This document shows, piece by piece, positions 25,557 to 33,751 of a stretch of DNA of 64,000 bases. Source of the stretch: a bacterium (GTDB taxonomy: Bacteria > Auribacterota > Tritonobacteria > UBA1439); the NCBI GenBank assembly GCA_028716845.1, contig JAQUPF010000013.1, forward strand, positions 890 to 64,889, read 5' to 3'. A program made the position numbers and the translations under genes. Position 1 is the stretch's first letter; the number at the start of each line of letters is the position of its first letter. The notes beneath the pieces are model-generated. The model did no database searches. It had not been told where the DNA came from and saw only the letters and a program-made list of their open reading frames with translations.

Positions 25557-27026
25557 ATGATTCCGGTCGTGGTCTTCGTCTGCGGCGGGGCGGTGATGGC
25601 GCTCGAGCTCGCCGGCTCGCGCGTCCTCGCCCCGTACGCGGGGACGTCGCTCGCCGCGTGGACCGGCCTCATCGGGGTGATCCTCGCGAGCCTGAGCGTC
25701 GGCTACTGGCGCGGGGGGAGGATCGCCGACCGGCGGCCGTCGCCGGGGACGCTGGCGTTCGTCGTCTTCGCGGCGGGCGTCTGCGTCGGCCTCACCGCCT
25801 GGCTCAGGGACGCCGTCCTCGCGTGGCTCCAGCCGCGGCTGGCCGACCCCGGCGCGCTCTCCGTGTGCGCCTCGCTCCTCCTCCTCGCGCCGGCGAACCT
25901 CTTCCTCGGCATGGTCACGCCGTGCGCCGTCCGCCTCGGGACGCGCGACGTGGCGCGGGCGGGGACGACCGCCGGGCGGGTGTACGCCCTCTCGTCCGCG
26001 GGGAGCATCGCGGGGACGTTTCTGACCGGCTTCGTCCTCCTGCCGCGCCTCGGGACGGCCGCCGTCCTCCTCGCGATCGCCGCGGCGCTCACGGCCTGCT
26101 CGATCGCGGTCTCCGCGTCGCGCTGGGGGTGGGGGAGGGCCGCCGCCGTCTGCGCGCTCGCGGCGTGCGCGCGCCTCCTCCCGTTCGGCCTGCCGGACGA
26201 CCTCCTCGCGGACGTGGACACCGCGTACAACCGGGTCTGGATCCGCCGGGGCGTCGACGGGGGGACGGGGCGGTCGATCCTCATCCTCTCGACCGACCCG
26301 TGGGGCGAGCAGTCGGCCGTCTTCCTCGACGGGGACGACCTCGTCTTCGAGTGCATGCGGTTCTTCCGGCTCGCCGCCCACTTCTCGCCGGGCTTCACCC
26401 GCACGCTCATGATCGGCGGGGCGGGGTACGCGTACGCGGGCGACTACCTCCGCCGGTTCCCGGATGCGACGCTCGACGTCGTCGAGATCGACCCGGGGCT
26501 CACGCGACTCTCGCGGCGCTACTTCGGCCTCGAGGACGACCCGCGGCTCGTCATCAGGCACGAGGACGGCCGGACGTTCCTCAACCGGACGGCCGAGCGG
26601 TACGACGTCATCATCCTCGACGCCTTCAGGGACGGCGTGAGCCCGCCGCACCACCTCGTGACGGCGGAGGCGGCCCGGCGGATGCGCGAGGTCCTCGCCG
26701 ACGGCGGCGTCGTCATCGCGAACGTCATCGGCGCGATCGACGGGCGGGACGGGCGGTTCACGAGGGCGCTGCTCGCGACGATGCGGGAGGTCTTCCCCGC
26801 CGTGGACCTTTTCCCCGTGGACGATCCGACCGACCCGCGGGAGGTGCAGAACATCATCCTCATCGCACGGAAGTCCGAAGCGCCCGGCCCGGACGTGAGC
26901 CGCGACCCGGAGCTCGCCGGCTACCTCGCGCACCGCTGGACGGAGCCGGTCGCCGCGGACCTCCCGGTCCTCACCGACGACCGGGCTCCGGTCGAGTACT
27001 ACCTCTCGGGCGTGCGGCCGGAGTGA
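25557..27026 (+). CDS. Spermidine-synthase-like polyamine aminopropyltransferase fused to an N-terminal polytopic membrane domain
   Basis: 489 aa. MIGGAGYAYAGDYL...LDVVEIDPG...YDVIILDAF are the class-I SAM-fold spermidine synthase motifs. About 7 TM helices N-terminal. Confidence 0.75.
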   Translation: MIPVVVFVCGGAVMALELAGSRVLAPYAGTSLAAWTGLIGVILASLSVGYWRGGRIADRRPSPGTLAFVVFAAGVCVGLTAWLRDAVLAWLQPRLADPGALSVCASLLLLAPANLFLGMVTPCAVRLGTRDVARAGTTAGRVYALSSAGSIAGTFLTGFVLLPRLGTAAVLLAIAAALTACSIAVSASRWGWGRAAAVCALAACARLLPFGLPDDLLADVDTAYNRVWIRRGVDGGTGRSILILSTDPWGEQSAVFLDGDDLVFECMRFFRLAAHFSPGFTRTLMIGGAGYAYAGDYLRRFPDATLDVVEIDPGLTRLSRRYFGLEDDPRLVIRHEDGRTFLNRTAERYDVIILDAFRDGVSPPHHLVTAEAARRMREVLADGGVVIANVIGAIDGRDGRFTRALLATMREVFPAVDLFPVDDPTDPREVQNIILIARKSEAPGPDVSRDPELAGYLAHRWTEPVAADLPVLTDDRAPVEYYLSGVRPE

Positions 27027-27088
27027 CACCCCTTCGGCCGGCGGGCGCGGCGGGCGAAAGTTATAATTGTAAAGGGTTGACCCCGAAT

Positions 27089-27550
27089 CTAAAGGGTCGA
27101 GAGCAGGAGGACGAGGGCGGCGGCGAGGAGGCCCAGAAGGAGGGAGGCGAGGACGGCCGTCCGCCGGCGTCTCCGGCGCCGCGCCTCCGCGACGAGGCGG
27201 ATGACATCCACGTCGTGGATGCCGCTCCTCACCGCCCGCTCGACGGCGAGCGCCTGCGCGGCCATCCAGCGCCGGCAGGCGGTGCGCCTCGCCCCGGATG
27301 ACCGGCCGATGGCCAGGGCCCGCCGTTCGACGAGCTCGTACGCGAGGCAGTACCGCCCCCCATCGAGGCCGAGGTAGATCGTCTGCGGGCAGAGGGGGAT
27401 GTAGCGGCTCCCCGGCCGCCCGTAGAGCCGGGCGGCGACGCCGCTCCCGGTCGTCCGGCAGGCGAAGCCGCACGCGGAGAGGTAGCGCGCCGCGCGGGCG
27501 TAGCCGGCCGTCGCGGGCGCCGCCGGCTCGAACAGGTACTCGAGGAACAT
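27089..27550 (-). CDS. Hypothetical protein with C-terminal transmembrane anchor
   Basis: 153 aa ORF filling the gap downstream of the CPBP protease gene. Same strand, 10-nt spacing. No recognisable family. Confidence 0.4.
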   Translation of the reverse strand: MFLEYLFEPAAPATAGYARAARYLSACGFACRTTGSGVAARLYGRPGSRYIPLCPQTIYLGLDGGRYCLAYELVERRALAIGRSSGARRTACRRWMAAQALAVERAVRSGIHDVDVIRLVAEARRRRRRRTAVLASLLLGLLAAALVLLLSTL

Positions 27551-27560
27551 CTCCCCCCTT

Positions 27561-28790
27561 TCAGCCCGCGCCGAACCGGTCGCTCCAGACCCCCCACAGG
27601 TTGTGGCTGAGGTGGAGGACCATCGGCGGCCAGAGCGAACCGCTCCAGAGGCGCAGGAGGCCGAGCGCCAGGCCGAGGATCGTCAGGTGCGCGAACGAAC
27701 CGAGGTTCATGTGGAGACTGCCGAACATGAGCGCGGCGCCCGCCACCGCCCCCGCGGGCCCCGTGTACCGCTGAAGCCGCGGCTGGATGACGCCGCGGAA
27801 GGCGAGTTCCTCGAAGACGGCCGGGAAGACCGCGCCGAAGAGGAGGGCGAGGGCGAGGCCGTGGGCGTACGGCCGCCAGGGGCCGAGGGCGTCGTCGCCG
27901 CCCGCGCGCATGGACGTGTCGAGGAAGCGGACGAGGAACGAGATGAGCCGGTACGTGGCGAGGCCCCCGGCGAAGGAGAGGAGGCACCAGAACGGCGTCG
28001 AGGGCCGCAGGAGGAGCGCGGGCCGGAGGATCTCCCGCTGGCCCGCGGCGAGGGCGCAGGCGGCGATCGCCACGATCGCCGTGCTGACCATCTCCGCGGC
28101 GGCGGCGTTCGGGACGGCGAGCGCGACGGCGATGATCCCGCCGGCGACGGCGACGTAGAAGACGATGATCGCCCGGAGGTTGCGCCACTCCGCGCGCCAG
28201 CCGGCGGCCGGGCCGTGCGGGACGTGGGCGCGGACGAGCTCCCCCGCGATCTGCCGCGCCTGGAGCCCCGCCTTCGCGGCGGCGACGAGGACCGCGACGA
28301 ACAGGATCTTGAAGAGCCACCCCTGCAGGATGGTCTCCGGCGCGAGGACGGCGTCGAGGACGCTGACCGTCACCCACAGGAGGAGCGCGATGATCGGCGG
28401 GACGATGGCGGACCGCCTCGTCCAGAGGCCCAGGCCCGCGAAGGCGACGGCGAGGGCGGCGTTGCAGGCGAGCCGGAACCGGGTGGCGAAGACGGCTGCC
28501 CGGAGGAGCTCGTCGCCCCTGAGCGTCGTACCGTCCTCGAGGAGGTACCGCTCCGCCGGGACGATCCCGGCCGCGCGGATCGACGCCATCTGCGACCCGT
28601 AGACTGCCAGGCCGGAGACGATCGTGAGGGCGCCGGCGGCGACGAGCCAGCGGGAGGCGCTCCGCGCCCGCCGGGCGGCCCGCTCGAGCTGGAGCCGCTT
28701 GCCCACCCGCGTGGCGGCGATCTCGCCGTCCGCGAGGAACCGGGGTGCGTCATGCGTCATCGCGCCGCGCCCCCCCCAGGCATCAGGCAC
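27561..28790 (-). CDS. CPBP-family (CAAX/Abi-type) intramembrane metalloprotease
   Basis: 409 aa. EELAFRG motif, FGSLHMNLG and HLSHNLW His motifs. Multiple TM helices. Confidence 0.75.
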   Translation of the reverse strand: MPDAWGGRGAMTHDAPRFLADGEIAATRVGKRLQLERAARRARSASRWLVAAGALTIVSGLAVYGSQMASIRAAGIVPAERYLLEDGTTLRGDELLRAAVFATRFRLACNAALAVAFAGLGLWTRRSAIVPPIIALLLWVTVSVLDAVLAPETILQGWLFKILFVAVLVAAAKAGLQARQIAGELVRAHVPHGPAAGWRAEWRNLRAIIVFYVAVAGGIIAVALAVPNAAAAEMVSTAIVAIAACALAAGQREILRPALLLRPSTPFWCLLSFAGGLATYRLISFLVRFLDTSMRAGGDDALGPWRPYAHGLALALLFGAVFPAVFEELAFRGVIQPRLQRYTGPAGAVAGAALMFGSLHMNLGSFAHLTILGLALGLLRLWSGSLWPPMVLHLSHNLWGVWSDRFGAG

Positions 28791-29091
28791 GGGCGGCGTG
28801 ATCCGGCTGAAGATCCACGTAGGTGACGCCCCGCCGCGGCTCGGCCATCATCCCCTCCACCGCCGATCGCCACGCCTGATAGTGGGGGGTCTCCCGGTGC
28901 CGGGCGTGATCCTCCGGCGCCCGGTAGATCTCGATGAGGGTGATGCGTGACGGGTCGTCGGCCTGCTGGAGCATGTCGAAACGGAGGACGCCCGGTTCGC
29001 GCCTGCTGGCGCGCACGTTCTCGATCGTCGCCGCCTTGAACGGCTCGATGCTGTCCGGCTTCACCCGGATGAACACCTGCAGGATGTGCAT
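28783..29091 (-). CDS. Antibiotic-biosynthesis-monooxygenase (ABM) domain protein
   Basis: About 102 aa from MHILQVFIRVKPDSIEPF. GGAGGGG RBS. Ferredoxin-like ABM fold pattern. Confidence 0.65.
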   Translation of the reverse strand: MHILQVFIRVKPDSIEPFKAATIENVRASRREPGVLRFDMLQQADDPSRITLIEIYRAPEDHARHRETPHYQAWRSAVEGMMAEPRRGVTYVDLQPDHAARA

Positions 29092-29245
29092 GGCCCCTCC
29101 TTCCCGGAGCGGCCCCGCCGCCCCGCGGCCGAATCGTACCACAGACAGCGCCTGATGAAAAATATTCTCAAATAAGGGGCCCGCGGACCCGCCTTTCTGG
29201 TATAATAATTATGAAGGCAGGGCGGAGGGGCGGTGTGAAGGCATC

Positions 29246-30013
29246 ATGAACAGGGTCCTTGTCGCGGCACTCGTTCTCGGCCTCGCCGCCTGCGTGGCCA
29301 TCTTCCTGCTCGTCCGCCTGTCCTACATGCGGGCGGAGCAGGATCTCGCCGCGGCGCTCGATCGGGTGACCGCCCCCCCCGTTCCCGGCATCGAGCCCGT
29401 CGCCGGGGGGCCGCCGGACGAGCCGGCCGGTCCGCCGCCCGTGCCGACGGCGGCCGGGGACGGCATCAGCGTCGAGCGGGCCATCAGGACCGTGCACCGC
29501 TTCCTCGACCGCTGGAAACAGGCCTGCGAGCGGATGGAGCGGGAGGGGGAGGAGGTGGTCGGCCCGCAGCCGCTCACGGCGCAGATGGACGCGATGTCCG
29601 CGTTCCTCATGAACCCGTTCTTCCATGGCCACGTCCTCCGGGAGGGGCCGCACCCGGACGAGACGCGGGCGGTCGAGGAGTTCCTCTCCCTGGACTACTT
29701 CCGCGAGAGGGGGACCCGGCCGCGGGAATACCAGATCTTCCTCCCTCACTACCCGCGGTACCGGATTCTCCGCGCCGACCCCCCTTACGCCGATGTGCTT
29801 GCCTCGACAAGGGAAATGGTCGTAAAGAACGAGTTCATGCCCCCCCGCCACGACCGGCTCACGTTCAGGCTCGTCGAGGAGGGGGGGGGGGTGCGGATCC
29901 TCCCGTCGAGGACCACGGAGTTCTCCTCCGGCCAGAAGGCCGTGAGCCCCGACTGGGAGGCGGAATGGCGGGTGGACCCCGACGCGTTCCCGGAGGGGCC
30001 TGCCGTCGATTGA
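29246..30013 (+). CDS. Hypothetical protein with N-terminal TM helix
   Basis: 255 aa ORF, MNRVLVAALVLGLAACVAIFLLV. No family recognised. Confidence 0.5.
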   Translation: MNRVLVAALVLGLAACVAIFLLVRLSYMRAEQDLAAALDRVTAPPVPGIEPVAGGPPDEPAGPPPVPTAAGDGISVERAIRTVHRFLDRWKQACERMEREGEEVVGPQPLTAQMDAMSAFLMNPFFHGHVLREGPHPDETRAVEEFLSLDYFRERGTRPREYQIFLPHYPRYRILRADPPYADVLASTREMVVKNEFMPPRHDRLTFRLVEEGGGVRILPSRTTEFSSGQKAVSPDWEAEWRVDPDAFPEGPAVD

Positions 30014-30027
30014 CCGCCGCGCGCCCC

Positions 30028-30056
30028 TTGACTCAATCCGTTCTCGTCCTGATAAT
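30028..30056 (+). promoter_or_regulatory. Sigma-70-like promoter TTGACT-N17-GATAAT, with a second TTGACA-N17-TATAAG about 50 nt downstream
   Basis: Seen directly in the AT-richer spacer upstream of the PLD/LTD gene. Followed by a GC-rich leader of roughly 230-270 nt before the ATG at 30335. Confidence 0.45.
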
Positions 30057-30334
30057 AATTATTTTCTTCGTAGTTCATTGACATCATGCTGTAGCGGTGC
30101 TATAAGGATAATGGCGGCAGTACCAGAGCGCAGAGCCCGCTCGCGGGGCGGAGACATCCGCGCCGCCGATTGCATCTTCCGATCGGCGCTCCTGACCGGG
30201 CGCCCGATGCCGCGCGAGGTGTCAGTAGTGGTTGCCGAAGGCGGTCCCCGTTCCCCGCGGGGGCGGCGGCCACGGCATCCGGATTTGTCCGTGCGTCGCG
30301 TCGGCGTGTCGTAATAGAGGAGCGCCTGAAGATA

Positions 30335-33139
30335 ATGCGATCGATCTCATTCCGGCGGGTGGCAGGCAGGCACGGTTCCCGTGGCGTCCTCCGCGTAATC
30401 CTTTCGCTCGCCATAACCCTCTGCGTCACCCAGGGGTTCGCGCAGTCGTTCCAGACCTACTTCAATGACGCCGGGAACTCCACGAAAGGCGACACCCCCG
30501 ACGAGTACCTCATCCGGGACGAGCTCGTCAGCCGCATCAACAGCGCCTCATCGACGATCGACCTCTGCATCTACAACATCAACGACAACGCGGTCCGCGA
30601 CGCGCTCATCGCATGGAACAACAACACGACGCAGAACGTGCGCATCGTGACGAACATGCAGCAGGGCGACACCAACTGGACCAGCCACATGCTGCCCATG
30701 ATCGACGACGGGATCGCGGTCAGGAGCGACACGAGCGCAACGCTCAGCCACAACAAGTTCGCCATATTCGACTCGACGACCGTCTGGACCGGCTCCTGGA
30801 ATCACACGGACAACGCGAGCTACTCCCAGTGGAACAACGCCATCGCCATGCAGAACGCGGACCTCGTCTCCGGCTACCAGACGGAGTTCGACCAGATGTT
30901 CGCCGGCTCCTTCCACACCGCGAAGACGAGGGTCGAGGGGGCCTTCGCCCTCGGCGGCGGCGCGACGAACGACTTCTACCGGATGAGCCCGCAGCGACCC
31001 GGCGGGAAGAGCGTCCAGCAATACATCGTGGACGAGATCGACGCCACGGTGTCCGGCGACGCCATCTATTTCGCGATCTTCGACTTCACGGACAGCGGGG
31101 TGTGCGACGCGCTGAAGAGCGCCCACGACCGGGGGGTGCGGATCAGGGGAATCATGGACGGCGGGAGCGCGAAGGGCTCGTACAACAAGTACGCGGAGCT
31201 CCTCGCGTACGGCGTCGATGTCTTCATCCTGCTCGGCGACCTGGAGAACCCCTACAACCCCTATATCCACCACAAGTACATGATCGTCAATCCCGGCGGC
31301 ACGGACCCGGTCGTCATCACCGGATCGGCGAACTGGTCGAACGCGGCCATCGTGAGCAGCTCGGGGAACGACGACAACACGGTCATCATCCACGACGCCG
31401 CCGTCGCCCAGGCGTACCTCGAGAACTGGATGTACATGGGAGGCATCACGCCGGGGGACGTGGTCGTCAACGAGATCGCCTGGATGGGGACGGCGGCATA
31501 CGACACGGACGAGTGGATCGAGCTCCACAACACGACCGCCGGCGACATCGACATCGGCCACTGGTCGATCTACGGCGCCAGCACCGAGGAGATCCTGAAC
31601 TTCGCCGACGCGGACGGGAGCACGACGACGACGATCCCCGCGGGCGGCTTCCTCGTCTACGGGAAGCGGCAGGGCGTCTTCAGCAGCGGCGCGTCCGTCC
31701 AGATATGGGACGACCGCATGGACATGAACGACGGCGGCCTCTACCGGCAGATCATTCTCTACTCCGCCACAAACGGGTCCGGCGTCGTCGTGGACAGGGC
31801 GAACGACGGCGGGCCGTGGTTCGCGGGGGACGCCGGCGGCGCGATCACCATGGAGCGGATCAACCCGGGCGACCCGGGGGTGTATGAGTTCAACTGGGGA
31901 GATTTCGACGACACGCCGTTCGCGAAGGACGCCGGCAACAACGACGTGTACGGAAGCCCGGGAGCGGTCAACAGCATCAGGGCCGCCTCCACCCCCACCC
32001 CCACGCCGACGCCGACCATCACGCCGACGATCACGCCGACGCCCATCCCGTCGCTCGTGAACGAGAACTTCGACGGGACGTGGCCCGCCGACGGCTGGAC
32101 GGCAGAGTCCATCCCTCAGTCGACGACGTACAAAGTGAGCTCGCCGTACAGCGTCCAGATCAACGCGAACGGCGACTACCTCATCACCCCGCTGCTTGCC
32201 GACCCCGACTACATGAAGTTCTGGTACTACGGAACGAGCGGGAGCATGAACGTTGAGTACTCCGACTCGATCGACGGAACCTGGAGCCATGTCACGGGGA
32301 GCCCGTTCGCGGGTACGGCCTCGTGGCAGCAGAAGAACATCGACCTCTCCGCCCACTCCGACATCTACATCCGCTTCACGAGGGTGCCCTCGCTGGGCAA
32401 CCACTACATCGACGACGTCTTCGTCGCCAGGAGGATCACCGATCCGACACCGACGCCGACCATCACCCCGACGCCGACGCCGACCGTCCCCACGCCGACG
32501 CCGACCGTGACGCCGACCATCACCCGCACCCCGGTCCCGACGTACACGCCGACGCCGACGCCGACCTTCACGCCGACGCCCACGCCCACGCCCACGCCCA
32601 CGCCGATCCCCTCGATCCTGAACGAGAACTTCGACGGTGGGACGTGGCCGCCCAGCGGCTGGACGATGGTGTCCGTCGACCAGAACGGGAGCTTCTACAG
32701 GAGCCAGCCGTACAGCGCCCTCATCAACGCGAACGGCGACTCCATGATCACGCCGCTCCTCACCCTGCCCGACTACATGACCTTCTGGTACCGGGGGACG
32801 AGCGGACAGCTCAATGTGGAGTACGGCCCGGGCACGGGCGGCCCCTGGACGCACGTCACGGGGAGCCCGTTCACGCACACCAGTTCCGCGTGGCAGCAGA
32901 AATCCGTTGATCTCTCGGCCCACACGAACATCTACATCCGCTTCACGAGGGTGCCGTCGCTCGGCAATCACAACATCGACAACGTTTTCGTCGCCAAGAG
33001 GTTCGAGGAACCGACGGACGGGGACGTCTACAAGTTGAATTACCAGCCATCGCTGGTCTCGCCGCCGGACCAGTTCATGCCCGATTACGCCGAGGAATAT
33101 GGCTTCCGGGGCGAGTACTACTACGGCTGGCTCCCCTGA
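30335..33139 (+). CDS. Large secreted protein: tandem phospholipase-D-like (HKD) domains + lamin-tail domain + two PT-linked jelly-roll/MAM-like repeat domains
   Basis: Signal peptide MRSISFRR...VTQGFAQS. HKD motifs SHNKFAIFD and HHKYMIVN with GSANWS. LTD block VVNEIAWMGTA..DEWIELHN. Two about 65%-identical C-terminal modules (NENFDG.WP..GWT...ITPLL..YM.FWY.GTSG..NVEY...W.HVTGSPF...WQQK..DLSAH..IYIRFTRVPSLGNH) separated by long TPTPT linkers. Confidence 0.75.
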   Translation: MRSISFRRVAGRHGSRGVLRVILSLAITLCVTQGFAQSFQTYFNDAGNSTKGDTPDEYLIRDELVSRINSASSTIDLCIYNINDNAVRDALIAWNNNTTQNVRIVTNMQQGDTNWTSHMLPMIDDGIAVRSDTSATLSHNKFAIFDSTTVWTGSWNHTDNASYSQWNNAIAMQNADLVSGYQTEFDQMFAGSFHTAKTRVEGAFALGGGATNDFYRMSPQRPGGKSVQQYIVDEIDATVSGDAIYFAIFDFTDSGVCDALKSAHDRGVRIRGIMDGGSAKGSYNKYAELLAYGVDVFILLGDLENPYNPYIHHKYMIVNPGGTDPVVITGSANWSNAAIVSSSGNDDNTVIIHDAAVAQAYLENWMYMGGITPGDVVVNEIAWMGTAAYDTDEWIELHNTTAGDIDIGHWSIYGASTEEILNFADADGSTTTTIPAGGFLVYGKRQGVFSSGASVQIWDDRMDMNDGGLYRQIILYSATNGSGVVVDRANDGGPWFAGDAGGAITMERINPGDPGVYEFNWGDFDDTPFAKDAGNNDVYGSPGAVNSIRAASTPTPTPTPTITPTITPTPIPSLVNENFDGTWPADGWTAESIPQSTTYKVSSPYSVQINANGDYLITPLLADPDYMKFWYYGTSGSMNVEYSDSIDGTWSHVTGSPFAGTASWQQKNIDLSAHSDIYIRFTRVPSLGNHYIDDVFVARRITDPTPTPTITPTPTPTVPTPTPTVTPTITRTPVPTYTPTPTPTFTPTPTPTPTPTPIPSILNENFDGGTWPPSGWTMVSVDQNGSFYRSQPYSALINANGDSMITPLLTLPDYMTFWYRGTSGQLNVEYGPGTGGPWTHVTGSPFTHTSSAWQQKSVDLSAHTNIYIRFTRVPSLGNHNIDNVFVAKRFEEPTDGDVYKLNYQPSLVSPPDQFMPDYAEEYGFRGEYYYGWLP

Positions 33140-33165
33140 CGGCGCCCCCCGCCGATTTGAAGAAA

Positions 33166-33210
33166 TAATCCACCACGGATTGACACGGATCACTGCGGAT
33201 CATCACGGAT
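33166..33210. repeat. Dispersed intergenic repeat, inverted-orientation copy (CACGGAT x4 at 10-bp spacing)
   Basis: AATCCACCACGGATTGACACGGATCACTGCGGATCATCACGGATCGCC. Confidence 0.75.
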
Positions 33211-33340
33211 CGCCACTGATCGGAATACACTCCTGTCGCATCAGATGGAGGATGTGAAGGATGATGGGGTGATCACCGCGGCACGGTGGCTGCCTCCATG
33301 CGTGCAACCTTCAACTTTGACCTTTCAACTGTGGTGTCAT

Positions 33341-33380
33341 CCGTGATGATCCGTGTCAATCCGCGGTGGATTCTTTCATT
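33341..33380. repeat. Dispersed intergenic repeat, forward copy
   Basis: CCGTGATGATCCGTGTCAATCCGCGGTGGATTCTTTCATT. Confidence 0.8.
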
Positions 33381-33449
33381 ATGGGCCGGGCCGTTTCCGC
33401 TTGTCGGTCGGCGGGGGTTGTACTATATTGTGGAAGGACGTTCCGGCGT

Positions 33450-33525
33450 GCCGAGGTAGCTCAGTCGGTAGAGCACTGCACTGAAAATGCAGGTGTCGTC
33501 GGTTCAATTCCGACCCTCGGCACCA
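33450..33525 (+). tRNA. tRNA-Phe (anticodon GAA)
   Basis: 76 nt: GCCGAGGTAGCTCAGTCGGTAGAGCACTGCACTGAAAATGCAGGTGTCGTCGGTTCAATTCCGACCCTCGGCACCA. Cloverleaf with 7/4/5/5-bp stems and encoded CCA. Confidence 0.9.
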
Positions 33526-33751
33526 TAACTACAGTTGAAAGTGTAAAGTTCAAAGCGGGACGGCGGCCGCGTCGGAACGTTCAAACACCGGGGCGGGGTG
33601 CCGAACAGACTCCCCGCTGACGATCCCCCCATAGCCGCCGCCGTTGAAGCGCCCCCTCCCATGATGCTAGAATACCCCACATGATCGCCGTACTTCGGCT
33701 GCCATCTGTTGTTTTCTTTCAACTTTCAACTTTCAACCTTGGGCTGTAGTT

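Noticed and set aside
33366-33620. 84-aa ORF over tRNA-Phe
   Set aside because: It overlaps a canonical tRNA-Phe cloverleaf. No RBS and no protein-like composition.
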